A stretch of DNA of 64,000 bases from positions 198,030,001 through 198,094,000 of the forward strand of contig NC_058368.1 in NCBI RefSeq assembly GCF_018350175.1. The letters run 5' to 3'. Below, piece after piece: positions 62,901 to 64,000 of the stretch. Numbering within the stretch: the stretch's first letter is position 1; every line of letters begins with the position of its first letter. The translations under genes and the position numbers were made by a program. The DNA comes from Felis catus (taxonomy: Eukaryota). The notes beneath the pieces were generated by a model that was not told the origin of the DNA, did not search any database, and saw only the letters and a list, made by a program, of their open reading frames with translations.

Positions 62901-63933
62901 AGGAAATGAACTGTGTAAAAGACAGAACTTCATTTCTGGAGGGGTCAGGGGCATGGTGAAAAACATCTGTGGGCTGATTGTTTCTGTGGAGTGAGGACTC
63001 ACATCCACATAGGTCCTTGCAAATGACAGGGCATTTTCAACTGAATTTCCAGGGAGGTGGCCGTCAGTCTTGTTTTGTGGATAAAGACCTGCTGGAGATG
63101 ACCGAGTTAGCAGGTGGCTGCGTCAGTTCTTAAACCCTTATGTGCCGGCCCCAGGCTCCACGTTGCTTTTAACCTGATCACATGCCTGCCCTGCTTTGAG
63201 AAGTCTCTGGGGTTCAGGAGTGCTAAGCGGCAAGCTGGCTGTGCAGAGGGGGGAAAGGATTTAGCCATATACCTTGCAATTTGACATGGGTGAGATTTAG
63301 TTCAGTCGGGAGGACCAGTCTCCTAACTCTTCCTTGTAGCTGACCTGGAAACTTCTGAGAATCAATTTGGTTCATAGTAATGAGTTATTCGCTTTTGGCT
63401 TTTGGACCAAGGCACCGGTTAATAGTATCATTTGTTATTATATTCAGGATCCTGGATTTGAGAACAGTGAGCTGTGTAACATGATGAGCTCGGCGATCCA
63501 ATTCATTTCTGGGTGTTGGTTTTGTTCTGTTGAGTCTGCTGTGGGGAGAGCCGTGTTTGCTTTGGATGGCTTTTGCAGCAGCTGTGCCGGGCTGAGAGAG
63601 CGTGAGGTGATGCTCAGCGCGGGACTGGCTTCGCGAATTAGGGAACGTGTGGCCTGCTTTTGCTACGGGGTGTTCAGTGGTCCTCATTGGTTGCTCTCGG
63701 AGGTGCTGTTTTTTGAGCACAGAGTTTTTGTTTTCTTTCATCCATCCTCTCTCTTTTGATCCTCCAATATTTTGGGAGACCCTTATAGAACAGCTGTCTG
63801 TCCAGAGACCGTGGGTGGTTGGTTCTCTCAATTCTCTCAATGGGGCTGTTTTTCCTTTACCAGCCTAAACACCTGCTTGGTCACTTTCATTAGCCACGCC
63901 CTCTAAAGCCACGCCACTCAAAACGTGGCCCCA

Positions 63934-64000
63934 GGGGCGCCTGGGTGGCGCAGTCGGTTAAGCGTCCGACTTCAGCCAGGTCACGATCTCGCGGTCCGTG
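63934..64000 (+). mobile_element. Young felid CAN-SINE, cut by the window end
   Basis: ggggcgcctgggtggcgcagtcggttaagcg head. Confidence 0.92.

Noticed and set aside
63385..63840. 151-aa minus-strand ORF and overlapping 130-aa plus-strand ORF
   Set aside because: No recognisable domain or splice context; probably chance ORFs.

Overview
Mammalian genomic DNA from a felid, inferred from about 32 tRNA-derived carnivore SINEs of the cat SINEC_Fc type and carnivore L1s. The ORF track is almost entirely repeat-derived or spurious; the real genes are spliced and were assembled by hand. Right part: a complete five-exon granzyme K gene (GZMK, minus strand, CDS 60817->51012, 267 aa, intact His/Asp/Ser triad), with a 19/20 palindromic T-box site in its promoter and two candidate lymphocyte enhancers. 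Left part (about 5-36 kb): a decaying tandem array of single-domain Kazal protease inhibitor genes (SPINK family, resembling sperm-associated acrosin inhibitors) on the plus strand. Copy 1 has an uninterrupted 86-aa reading frame (P1 = Lys) but damaged splice sites, each with a possible in-frame workaround. Copy 2 is frameshifted. Copies 3 and 4 are promoter-only relics. The array faces GZMK tail-to-tail where GZMA follows in human, which suggests a synteny breakpoint inside the window. Repeat family names come from recalled consensus sequences, and repeat boundaries are approximate.
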